Source: an uncultured bacterium (GTDB lineage: Bacteria; Fidelibacterota; Marinisomatia; Marinisomatales; JACNKV01). From it: 64,000 nt of DNA. The notes under the pieces are model-generated. The model was not told where the DNA came from. It ran no database searches and saw nothing but the letters and a program-made list of their open reading frames with translations. The stretch covers positions 91,607 to 155,606 of the forward strand of contig CAZYDH010000002.1 of assembly GCA_964645915.1 (NCBI GenBank), read 5' to 3'. Shown here piece after piece: positions 1 through 8,872 of this stretch (position 1 is its first letter; every line of letters starts with the position of its first letter). Both the position numbers and the translations under genes were made by a program.

Positions 1-297
1 TATCCAAATAATGCCACAAAACCTACTAATACCAGTATGGATATGTCATTATTTTACAATTTCAATTTGTTCGGAAAATTCAATGGTAGAATTGATTTAA
101 CCGTGTATAATCTGTTCGATCGTTTAAATGAGCATTGGGTAGATGGTCAAACTGGTCGAGCCTATACATCGGTTATCCGTGAGACTGATTTAGCCGGACA
201 CCGTAGTGATTTTAATGAATATATTGACCGAGTTCAAAACCCGTCTATGTATTCTTCCCCTCGAGCAGTTAAACTTGCAGTAGGAGTTAATTTCTGA
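1..297 (+). CDS. TonB-dependent receptor / outer-membrane beta-barrel, C-terminal fragment (5' end lies outside the window)
   Basis: Frame 1 is open from nt 1. The tail ...DLTVYNLFDRLNEHWVDG...AVKLAVGVNF resembles the last strands of TonB-dependent receptors and ends in the terminal Phe typical of OM barrels. The stop TGA 295-297 shares one nt with the next ATG. Confidence 0.55.
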   Translation, partial: YPNNATKPTNTSMDMSLFYNFNLFGKFNGRIDLTVYNLFDRLNEHWVDGQTGRAYTSVIRETDLAGHRSDFNEYIDRVQNPSMYSSPRAVKLAVGVNF

Positions 298-3200
298 TGA
301 GTATACGTACTTTTACAACTAGTTCTATATTTCTTTTTACTCTAATTGGATTACTATTTGGACAAGGAAAGATATATGAAGGTCCTGAAGATTCTGCAGG
401 AGATATTGCTGCAGAAAGAGAAGGATATATGACAGGAAATAGGGTGTTTATTTATTTTAAGAATACAACCGAACTTTCCGATTGGCCGAGAGTAAATGTT
501 TCTAAATGGCCAAACAATCCGAATGGATTAAAAATGACAGACGGAATCGGTTTGTTGGTCGGAGCGAAAGTGTATATAGAAGATGATGAAAATGGATTGA
601 CGTGTGACACAATTCCATTGACAGATCCACTGGATATTTATACAACGCCACATCATACATTATATTATTTACAAACCAGTTACAGAGAAGAGATGGACAC
701 TGATCCAACAGGAACAGTAGAATGGGGTTTTTATCCGGCATTTGGTTATTTTAATGAAACAGGAGAATATCCTGCTCTTTCGAATATTCAAAACTCTTGG
801 CCGCTTGGTGGTTGGCCTTCTACAGGGTTTGAAACCAAATGGCCTGGTGAATGGAATGGTCGATTTGGACGAGGAGTAACTTATGCCGATTTGGAAACAT
901 ATTATGTTGTTAATGATGCACAGGATTTGGAAAATCTGGGTCCTGAAGATAACGTAAAATACTATCCAAGACCCGGTCATTATATCGGTGATCTAAATCC
1001 TTATGTAACTTTGCAGCCGGGAGAACCTTGGGGTGGACTTGGTCTACGTGTGTCTGTTCGTGGTTTTCAGTGGAATAATCCTCAAGCACGTGATGCAATC
1101 TTTTGGGAATATTCTATTGCAAACATTTCAGATTATGATATCAGAGATGTAGCTTTCGGTTATTGGCTGGATAACTCTATTGGTGGAGACGGAGATGATG
1201 ACTTAGGGTATTTTGATAGGCAAGCTGACCTTGCTTATTCTTGGGATATTAATGGAATTGGAGCAGGAGGATTGCCTACCGGTGTGATGGGTTTTGCATA
1301 TTTGGAGAGTCCCGGACTTGCATATGATTATGTAGATAATGATAATGATGGACTGACAGATGAAAAACGCGATAATGAACCTACTGCAATTATAGGAGCA
1401 ACAGATGGTATAACTGATCTAACCGCTTTTCTCGATTTCTATAAACTTGATGTTGAAGATCTAAAACCTCATTGGGATGCTGATGAAGATCAAGACTGGG
1501 AAGATGGTGAAGATTTAGATAATGATGGTATCTACAGCCCCGCAGAGAATTTTGGAGATGATATTGGTGTTGATGGAGTAGCTCCGGGTGAATTAAACTA
1601 TAATGGACCGGATCTTGATGGTTCAGAATGTAATCATCGACCGGACTTTGTTGAAGGCGTGGGTTGTGAACCTAATTTTAACACGACTGACGTTTCAGAA
1701 TCAGACATGGTTGGATTAACCGCTTTCCGTATGTTCCCGATCCCGAGTCATGCTCCTTCCAATACAACAAATTGGTTCAAAAATGATCATGCGATGTGGG
1801 AAGTTATTGGTGTTGATTCATTAGAGGAGTACATGGATAATGTGTCAAATTTAGTTGAAGTATTTGCCTCAGGGCCATTCCCACTGTACCAAGGACGTGT
1901 AGAACGTATTTCAATGTCAGAACTTCACTCATATGATCCATTAGAAGGACTGAACTCAGACTCACATACTGCTGTTGCACTTTTTGAGTTAAAACGAATT
2001 GTTCAGGTTATTTATGAAAAAGATTATCGGTTTGCACAGCCACCTAAAATGCCAACATTGACAGCAACAGCAGGAGATGGTAAAGTCATTTTAACATGGG
2101 ATGATATTGCAGATACGAAAACCAGAGATCCGTTTGTAGGAAATATTAATGACTTTGAGGGATATAAAGTATATCGATCCACTGATAAATATATGTCTGA
2201 CCCGGAAATTATCACGGACGGTTATGGAACTCCCATGTTTAAGCAACCAATCTTTCAGTGTGACCTTGTAGACGGACGAAGAGGATTTACAGATTTTGGT
2301 TTGGTAAATGGCATGGGTTATAACTTAGGTGCAGACACCGGGATATCTCATATTTTTGTAGATAATACAGTTCAGAATGGTAGAACTTATTATTATGCGG
2401 TTGTTGCTTATGATTTTGGAGCTCCGGATATAGGCCCGGGAATTTCACCTTCAGAAAACAATGTAGTGATCGAATTAGATGAAGCAGAGGGAATTCGCTC
2501 AATTGGAAAAAATGTTGCCATTGTCGTTCCTCATCAACCCGCTGCCGGTTATGTACCACCGGAAGTGAATATAGATGACACAGAGTTACTAGGTTGTGGG
2601 AGTGTAACTCCTCTAATCAGAGCTCGAGGTGGTTTAAAACCAGGGCATGACTATTTCCTTACTTTTGGAGTGGATACAATAAGTACTGTAAGCAGTTATG
2701 ACCATGGTTTTCAGTATGTCACAAATGAAATTTTCATTTATGATGAAACGGATAGCGTAACTCTTATTTATCAAGAAACACCGGATAAATATATAGGAAC
2801 TAATTTGGTCTATAGAGATACCTTAGAATATTGGACACTCAGTCAAGATGAGACCATCTATACTGATATTTTTGACGGAATGCAAATCGAAATAGATCCT
2901 TGCGTTGAAGGACCGGAATTTAGTTATCAAACTTCAGGATGGATTACCGGTTCAGGAATTATGAGAGTAACTCCTTCATTTAGTGAAGGACCAAAGATGC
3001 CTTGGAAATATAATATCGTATTTACTGATGATGATTCAGCGTATGTGGGTATTGCAAGATCTGGAACGGTACGTGACGAGAATGGTTCTTCGATCGGTTC
3101 AAGTAAAATAACGGAACCGGCATTGAGTTTCTATATACAAAACACTTCATTCATTGATACAACTACCGGACAATATGAGTTGATGGATGTGATTGTCCAC

Positions 3201-3761
3201 GATGTTAATGATAATGATACACTAGATATCTTTGAAGATAGGATATTTGTAGGAGCACCTGCAGGGAGTCGGTGGCGTGGTACAGCGTTCATCATTGATT
3301 TTCAATTATCGACTGAACAAACATTCCCCCAACCGGGAGATGTATATCAAGTGGATTGGAATAGACCATTCTTTGAAACGGATACAGTTCGGTTTTCTGT
3401 TGCTGCAGATGACAGTTTAGATGTGTCTGCACTCAATTCAGGAATGGAAAATATCAAAGTTGTGCCAAACCCATATGTTATGACAAATATGATGGAAGAA
3501 GCGGTCTCAAATCCATTCTTGAATCAAAGACGAAAATTGATGTTTACACACATACCTGCTAACTGTACTATTCATATATTTACAGTTAGTGGTGTTTTAG
3601 TGGATATTATTAAAGTCAATAATCCTCCGGAAAATGGAATTATTCACTGGGATATGCTCACTCATGAGAATCTGGAAATTGCAGCAGGCATGTATGTATA
3701 CCATATAGAGTCTGATGTAACCGGAGAAGTAAAACTAGGAAAATTTGGGGTAATAAAATGA
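297..3761 (+). CDS. Large secreted protein (1154 aa) of unknown function with a T9SS-type C-terminal sorting domain
   Basis: The long ORF has an N-terminal signal peptide (SIFLFTLIGLLFGQG). It contains Asp-rich DxDxDG-type repeats (DNDNDGLTDE, DLDNDGIYSP) and an FN3-like stretch (GDGKVILTWDD...GYKVYRS). The C-terminus (KVVPNPYV...CTIHIFTVSGVLV...AGMYVYHIES...GKFGVIK) looks like a T9SS/FlgD-Ig-like sorting domain. No HExxH or other catalytic motif was seen. Confidence 0.7.
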   Translation: MSIRTFTTSSIFLFTLIGLLFGQGKIYEGPEDSAGDIAAEREGYMTGNRVFIYFKNTTELSDWPRVNVSKWPNNPNGLKMTDGIGLLVGAKVYIEDDENGLTCDTIPLTDPLDIYTTPHHTLYYLQTSYREEMDTDPTGTVEWGFYPAFGYFNETGEYPALSNIQNSWPLGGWPSTGFETKWPGEWNGRFGRGVTYADLETYYVVNDAQDLENLGPEDNVKYYPRPGHYIGDLNPYVTLQPGEPWGGLGLRVSVRGFQWNNPQARDAIFWEYSIANISDYDIRDVAFGYWLDNSIGGDGDDDLGYFDRQADLAYSWDINGIGAGGLPTGVMGFAYLESPGLAYDYVDNDNDGLTDEKRDNEPTAIIGATDGITDLTAFLDFYKLDVEDLKPHWDADEDQDWEDGEDLDNDGIYSPAENFGDDIGVDGVAPGELNYNGPDLDGSECNHRPDFVEGVGCEPNFNTTDVSESDMVGLTAFRMFPIPSHAPSNTTNWFKNDHAMWEVIGVDSLEEYMDNVSNLVEVFASGPFPLYQGRVERISMSELHSYDPLEGLNSDSHTAVALFELKRIVQVIYEKDYRFAQPPKMPTLTATAGDGKVILTWDDIADTKTRDPFVGNINDFEGYKVYRSTDKYMSDPEIITDGYGTPMFKQPIFQCDLVDGRRGFTDFGLVNGMGYNLGADTGISHIFVDNTVQNGRTYYYAVVAYDFGAPDIGPGISPSENNVVIELDEAEGIRSIGKNVAIVVPHQPAAGYVPPEVNIDDTELLGCGSVTPLIRARGGLKPGHDYFLTFGVDTISTVSSYDHGFQYVTNEIFIYDETDSVTLIYQETPDKYIGTNLVYRDTLEYWTLSQDETIYTDIFDGMQIEIDPCVEGPEFSYQTSGWITGSGIMRVTPSFSEGPKMPWKYNIVFTDDDSAYVGIARSGTVRDENGSSIGSSKITEPALSFYIQNTSFIDTTTGQYELMDVIVHDVNDNDTLDIFEDRIFVGAPAGSRWRGTAFIIDFQLSTEQTFPQPGDVYQVDWNRPFFETDTVRFSVAADDSLDVSALNSGMENIKVVPNPYVMTNMMEEAVSNPFLNQRRKLMFTHIPANCTIHIFTVSGVLVDIIKVNNPPENGIIHWDMLTHENLEIAAGMYVYHIESDVTGEVKLGKFGVIK

Positions 3762-4852
3762 GACGATTATATATTATCATTACAATTGCCTTATTGTTAA
3801 ATGTAGGATTTGGTAAAGAAATCCATCGTTATGGAACGACGGCAATGAACGTCTTGGAAATTGGTGTAGGAAGTGCTCCGGTAGCGATGGGAGAAGCATA
3901 CGTAGCCGTAGCAAAAGACCTATCCGCAATTTATTGGAATCCTGCAGGTTTAGCTTCTTTGAAAAACAGTGGCTTTCAATTTATGCTTCAACCATGGATC
4001 GTTGATATTAATATCCTATTTGCATCGGGTGCTATCGTAGTTCCAAGAATTGGGACATTCGGGTTGAGTATCCTTCAAACCGGATACGGTGAAATGGATG
4101 TTACAAACCTAGACTATCAAGACGGTACCGGAGAAAAATTCACATCAAATGATCTGGCTTTTTCTCTATCGTATAGTCGAAGAATCGTTTCGTGGTTTTC
4201 GTTTGGAATGAACGCCAAAATGATTCAGTCCTATATTTGGCATTCATCCGCAAATGCTTTTGCAGTGGATCTGGGAGTTTTGGTTAATACACAATTTTTC
4301 AGTCCTACCGGTAAGAGAGAAGATGGGATGACGATAGGAATGAGTATTGCAAATTATGGTACTCGAATTCAATATGATGGAATTGATCTTTATCAACCTA
4401 TCGATATTTCTGAATATGAAGAAGGTAATTATGGAGATGTCCCTGGACAATTCCGTTCCCAGGAATGGGAATTACCCCTTTTATTTAGAGTAGGAATTGC
4501 GGTGATTCCTATTAAAACAACATTTTCTAAATTAACATTAGCCGTTGATGCGAACCATCCAAATAACAATTCTGAATCTGTGAATATTGGAGCAGAGTAT
4601 AAGTTGCAATTCCCAGGATATGGCGCGGTGTATTTCCGTGGAGGAATTAAGGACTTCTTAAAACCGGAAATTGAAAAAGATGAAAACGATGATGAAGATG
4701 TTAATTTTGAAGCAACTCAGTTTGGATTTACCGGTGGAATAGGTTTTGAATGGAATTTCTTATCTAATAGAAAAATATCCATTGATTATTCCTACAAAAC
4801 CATTGGATTATTAGGAAACGTCCACGGAACAACCGTAAGTCTTCTTTTCTAA
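3758..4852 (+). CDS. PorV/PorQ-family outer-membrane beta-barrel (T9SS cargo-shuttle-like)
   Basis: It has a signal peptide followed by ...GVGSAPVAMGEAYVAVAKDLSAIYWNPAGLASL. This matches, from memory, the PorV/LptO N-terminal signature (GMG-A-VA...D...WNPA-LA). Alternating beta-strand character runs throughout and the protein ends in Phe. The ATGA start/stop overlaps the upstream gene. Confidence 0.55.
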   Translation: MRRLYIIITIALLLNVGFGKEIHRYGTTAMNVLEIGVGSAPVAMGEAYVAVAKDLSAIYWNPAGLASLKNSGFQFMLQPWIVDINILFASGAIVVPRIGTFGLSILQTGYGEMDVTNLDYQDGTGEKFTSNDLAFSLSYSRRIVSWFSFGMNAKMIQSYIWHSSANAFAVDLGVLVNTQFFSPTGKREDGMTIGMSIANYGTRIQYDGIDLYQPIDISEYEEGNYGDVPGQFRSQEWELPLLFRVGIAVIPIKTTFSKLTLAVDANHPNNNSESVNIGAEYKLQFPGYGAVYFRGGIKDFLKPEIEKDENDDEDVNFEATQFGFTGGIGFEWNFLSNRKISIDYSYKTIGLLGNVHGTTVSLLF

Positions 4853-4925
4853 TAACAAGACAATACTCATCCTCTTAAATGATTATTAAGCTTGTTCTGT
4901 GATGGACATCTAACTAAATTGACTT

Positions 4926-6422
4926 ATGCAGTGGATAAAACGATTTGGATTTGTATTTCTTGTTTGTATCATAGTTTGTTGTTCACAAAAGGATCCGGTT
5001 TCTGGAAATAATATATTAGTTAAAGTCGGATCAAAAACGATCACAACTCAGGATTTTATTCGCAGATCTGAATATGCGATCCGTCCAAACTATTGTAAAC
5101 AAACAAACTATATTCATAAAAAGATCATTTTAAACTCTCTGATTGCGGAAAAGTTATTCGCACTGGAAGCAGATAACAACAGGGTTGATTTATTAGAGAA
5201 TGATCGATTTCAATTATTTATCACCGGCCGTACTGAACAAACAATGAGACAGATACATTATTATGAAAATTATTATGATAATGTAGAATTAGATTCTGTA
5301 GTAATAAACAGAGCTTATAAATTGGCTGGGAGAACCGTCAATGTTACGTTTTTAAATCTTCCCGATTTAAAGACAGCTTTTCAAACGATTGAATTATCAA
5401 AACAAGGAATATCATTAGATTCAATATATACTTCTGTTTGGAATGAAGAAACCTCTCCGACAAGAGAGATCAATTGGTTTGATCCGTTAGACGAGAGTAT
5501 TCATAAGGAATTATTCGATTCTGATATGAAAAAAGGTTCAATTCTTGGTCCTTTCCCTACGGGTGAAAATTCATTTTTAGTCTTTCAAATAACAGGTTGG
5601 ACAGATAAACTTGCCGTCACGGATTCGGACAGATCACTAAGAAGAAAAGATGTACAAGAAAGACTGCAAAAAAATGAAGCAGAGAAACAATACAAGTTTT
5701 GGGTAAAATCATTGATGAAAGATAAACAGTTAGATATGAACCCTAACGTTTTTCCTTCATATGCAGCTGATGTCATAGATTTGTATTTTAGATCAGATTC
5801 TGCAAAACGAGCACAATTAAGTACTTCAATATGGTCATCCGATCAAGAATTGGAATTTATAAGTGATAGTCTTGAAACACTCCCTGATAAAACATTTAAA
5901 AAAAGTGATATACTATTTTCGGTAGATGATAGAAAATGGACTGTGGAAGATTTCCATAAAAAACTTGATAAACATCCATTAGTATTTCGGAAAAAGAAAA
6001 TGAATCGAGGTGAGTTCTCTGAGCAATTAAAATATGCAATTGCTGATTTATTACAAGACATCGAAATCACAAAAAAATGTTACAATAAAGGATATGATAA
6101 ATCTGAAACTGTCAAATTGAACACAACCTTATGGCAAGATGCCTATTCTGCTCGATATTACCGAGATATATTTCTTAAGGATTGGAACATTACTTCAGGA
6201 GATAATCATACCATCGCAACATTATTGGATCCTGTTGTAGATTCATTACAAATTGTTTATTCTGATATAATCGAAGTCAATACAGATGTTTTTGAAAAGA
6301 TTGAATTAACGAATGTTGATATGATTGTACATCAGAAAGGTGTACCTTACCCTAAGTTAGTTCCATCATTCCCAATTTTTACTACCGATGATCGATTGGA
6401 TTATGGATCCAAGCTGGATTGA
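4926..6422 (+). CDS. Lipoprotein, SurA/PpiD-like chaperone fold suspected (no clear active parvulin domain)
   Basis: There is a lipobox-like signal (LVCIIVCCSQ). The N-terminal segment ILVKVGSKTITTQDFIRRSEY resembles the SurA_N/PpiD N-terminus. The function call is weak. Confidence 0.4.
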   Translation: MQWIKRFGFVFLVCIIVCCSQKDPVSGNNILVKVGSKTITTQDFIRRSEYAIRPNYCKQTNYIHKKIILNSLIAEKLFALEADNNRVDLLENDRFQLFITGRTEQTMRQIHYYENYYDNVELDSVVINRAYKLAGRTVNVTFLNLPDLKTAFQTIELSKQGISLDSIYTSVWNEETSPTREINWFDPLDESIHKELFDSDMKKGSILGPFPTGENSFLVFQITGWTDKLAVTDSDRSLRRKDVQERLQKNEAEKQYKFWVKSLMKDKQLDMNPNVFPSYAADVIDLYFRSDSAKRAQLSTSIWSSDQELEFISDSLETLPDKTFKKSDILFSVDDRKWTVEDFHKKLDKHPLVFRKKKMNRGEFSEQLKYAIADLLQDIEITKKCYNKGYDKSETVKLNTTLWQDAYSARYYRDIFLKDWNITSGDNHTIATLLDPVVDSLQIVYSDIIEVNTDVFEKIELTNVDMIVHQKGVPYPKLVPSFPIFTTDDRLDYGSKLD

Positions 6423-6481
6423 TTGACCACAATAAATCAAATGATAAGTGAGAAAATTACTTGGGTATATAGAAATTAGAT

Positions 6482-7690
6482 ATGAGAAATAAATATAGAG
6501 CCTTCATGTTTACCGGACTCTTTCTTTTATTTGGTTGTATTCAAATGGAAGAAACAAATTCGAATGAACAAAATAATAATAATAATGGACCATGGCGTTT
6601 AATTTGGTCTGATGACTTTGACAGTGATTCGATAGATACATCAAAATGGAATAAAGTGTTGTGGAGACCCTATTATGTAAATAATGAAGAACAAGCATAT
6701 ACAGATCGGGATGAAAATCTATTCATTCGTGATGGAAAACTTGTGATAAAAGCATTGATTGAACCGGGTTTTGTCGGTGAAGATTATGCCGGAAATTCTT
6801 ATGTGGCAGACTATACTTCAGGAAGAATGAATACTGCCAGTAAATTTGATTGGACTTATGGTCGGATAGATGTTCGCGCAAAACTCCCGGCAGGTCGAGG
6901 GTCATGGCCTGCGATCTGGATGTTGGGGTCTAATATCCATATTTTTGGTTGGCCTCATTGTGGTGAAATTGATATTATGGAGCATGTTGGATATGATGAA
7001 GGTGAGATTCATGCTTCTATTCATACGACAGATTATAATCATATGAATGATACTCAAAAAACAGGTCAGGTTAACATTTCAACAGCGACAGATTTATTTC
7101 ATACATATTCTTTAGAATGGGATAATACATTCATGCGTTATTTTGTTGATAATGAGCCATATTTTTTTATCTACAATGATAGCAACGGCGATGTAAATAA
7201 ATGGCCATTTGATCAACCGTTTTATATCATTTTAAATTTGGCAGTAGGTGGATCTTGGGGTGGTGTGCAGGGAATTGATCCCAATGCGTTTCCAATGGAA
7301 ATGGAAGTAGACTATGTTAGAGTATATGAAAGAAATGAATCAAATGAAACAGTACAGGTCACTTTTCAGGTGGATATGAAAAATGAGATGGTCAACGGAA
7401 CTGGCGTATGGCTCTCCGGTGGAAATATCAGTTCCGGACAACCCAGCGGATTAGCGATGAGTCATATCCCTGAAACAACCATATGGGAGACGACACTTAC
7501 TCTTCCTCCAAACTCAAGCTACTCTTATAAATATCGAAATGGACATTTTCCATACTCGTGGAATGGAGGATGGGAATCAGTCCCCAACGAATGCGGAGGT
7601 GATGGATACAATAACCGGTTTACAACAATCGGGGAGTCAGATACGACGCTTCCTGCAGTTTGTTTTAGTTCATGTCTAATTTGTGAATAA
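6482..7690 (+). CDS. Glycoside hydrolase family 16 (laminarinase-type endo-beta-1,3-glucanase) with a C-terminal Cys-capped beta-sandwich (CBM-like) domain
   Basis: It has a lipoprotein-type signal (LLFGC) and the GH16 catalytic motif GEIDIMEH (ExDxxE). Flanking GH16 blocks are WPAIWMLG and FYIILNLAVGGSWGG. The C-terminal ~110 aa (VQVTFQVDM...YSYKYRNG...CFSSCLICE) look like a carbohydrate-binding module. Confidence 0.85.
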   Translation: MRNKYRAFMFTGLFLLFGCIQMEETNSNEQNNNNNGPWRLIWSDDFDSDSIDTSKWNKVLWRPYYVNNEEQAYTDRDENLFIRDGKLVIKALIEPGFVGEDYAGNSYVADYTSGRMNTASKFDWTYGRIDVRAKLPAGRGSWPAIWMLGSNIHIFGWPHCGEIDIMEHVGYDEGEIHASIHTTDYNHMNDTQKTGQVNISTATDLFHTYSLEWDNTFMRYFVDNEPYFFIYNDSNGDVNKWPFDQPFYIILNLAVGGSWGGVQGIDPNAFPMEMEVDYVRVYERNESNETVQVTFQVDMKNEMVNGTGVWLSGGNISSGQPSGLAMSHIPETTIWETTLTLPPNSSYSYKYRNGHFPYSWNGGWESVPNECGGDGYNNRFTTIGESDTTLPAVCFSSCLICE

Positions 7691-7708
7691 GATAAAATTA
7701 CTAAAAAT

Positions 7709-8836
7709 ATGAAACACGCAATAATTACATTTACCTTATTACCAATTTACTTTCTGTTAGCAAATCCTAATGGAGAACTTGATGATGAATTATTCGATCC
7801 AGAATGGATCCTAGTTTGGAATGATGAGTTTGACTCTACGAATATAGATTTATCCAACTGGAGTTATGATATTGGAACCGGTGATTGGGGTTGGGGGAAT
7901 AACGAACAACAATACTACACAAGCAATTCAAACAACTCCTTTATTGAGGATGGTAAACTGGTTATCCAAGCTCTTCTACAGAATTACGGAAGTTCAAATT
8001 ATACGTCAGCTAGAATGGTAACAAAAAATAAAGGTGACTGGACTTACGGAAGGATAGAAGTTAGAGCGAAACTACCTACAGGTGTCGGAACATGGCCGGC
8101 AATTTGGATGCTTCCGACGGATAATGTTTATGGAGGGTGGCCATATAGTGGTGAAATGGATATTATGGAGCACGTTGGTTTTGAACAAAATATAGTTCAT
8201 GGAACAGCCCATACTGAAACATACAACTGGTGGAATGGTTCACCACCTCCCGGAGGACTTATTTATGTCTATAATGCGTCAACAGATTATCGTAATTATA
8301 TTTTAGAGTGGGATGAAAACTATCTCAAATGGTATGTAGATGACATGCATTATTTCACATACAACAATAACCAAAGCGGTTATTCTACATGGCCATTTGA
8401 CCAGCGTTTTCATCTTATCCTGAACATTGCAATAGGAGGAACATGGGGCGGTCAACAGGGGATTGATGATAGTATCTTCCCAGTAAGATTAGAGGTAGAT
8501 TATGTTAGAGTGTATCAATTATCTTCACAATTATCCTCAGATACCGAAATTATACCAAACACATTTTTTCTAAATCAAAATTTCCCAAATCCATTCAATC
8601 CATCGACACAAATTCAATATGACCTTCCTCAAGATGAATTTGTTACTATTACAATCTATGATTTAATGGGACAGAAAATAAAAGAACTTGTAAATGAAAA
8701 ACAACAAACCGGACGAAGATTAGTCCGATGGGATTCAACCAATGATTATGGGTTACCAGTATCTGCAGGAGTATATTTATACACAATCAAAGCAGGTGAC
8801 TTTGTAGATACAAAAAAGATGGTATTTCTGAAGTAA
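7709..8836 (+). CDS. Glycoside hydrolase family 16 (laminarinase-type) with a T9SS C-terminal sorting domain
   Basis: The catalytic motif is GEMDIMEH, with WPAIWMLP and FHLILNIAIGGTWGG blocks. The C-terminal 84 aa (FPNPFNPSTQIQYDLP...GVYLYTIKAG...VFLK) are a classic type-A T9SS CTD. Confidence 0.85.
   Translation: MKHAIITFTLLPIYFLLANPNGELDDELFDPEWILVWNDEFDSTNIDLSNWSYDIGTGDWGWGNNEQQYYTSNSNNSFIEDGKLVIQALLQNYGSSNYTSARMVTKNKGDWTYGRIEVRAKLPTGVGTWPAIWMLPTDNVYGGWPYSGEMDIMEHVGFEQNIVHGTAHTETYNWWNGSPPPGGLIYVYNASTDYRNYILEWDENYLKWYVDDMHYFTYNNNQSGYSTWPFDQRFHLILNIAIGGTWGGQQGIDDSIFPVRLEVDYVRVYQLSSQLSSDTEIIPNTFFLNQNFPNPFNPSTQIQYDLPQDEFVTITIYDLMGQKIKELVNEKQQTGRRLVRWDSTNDYGLPVSAGVYLYTIKAGDFVDTKKMVFLK
8582..8833 (+). 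repeat. T9SS CTD-coding module, copy 1 (paralogous to 10601-10852)
   Basis: The 84-aa C-terminal domains of the GH16 and GH5 proteins align without gaps. About two thirds of residues are identical by eye, with shared nucleotide strings such as cttgtaaatgaaaa. Confidence 0.8.
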
Positions 8837-8872
8837 TATCATCCTGTCTAAACAGGAATAGATTTTTTAATT

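Noticed and set aside
502-2559. Several 60-100-aa minus-strand ORFs (502-741, 669-980, 910-1098, 2024-2215, 2287-2559) inside the 1154-aa gene.
   Set aside because: They lie entirely antisense to a long, well-supported coding frame. Their composition is low-complexity (Cys/Phe/Ile-rich) and they have no motifs, as expected for shadow ORFs in AT-rich DNA. The same reasoning applies to the other short antisense ORFs in the track (for example 4244-4450, 5585-6070, 8946-9161, 12067-12663, 21520-21741, 36583-37866, 38688-39173, 60846-61279, 61481-61666).
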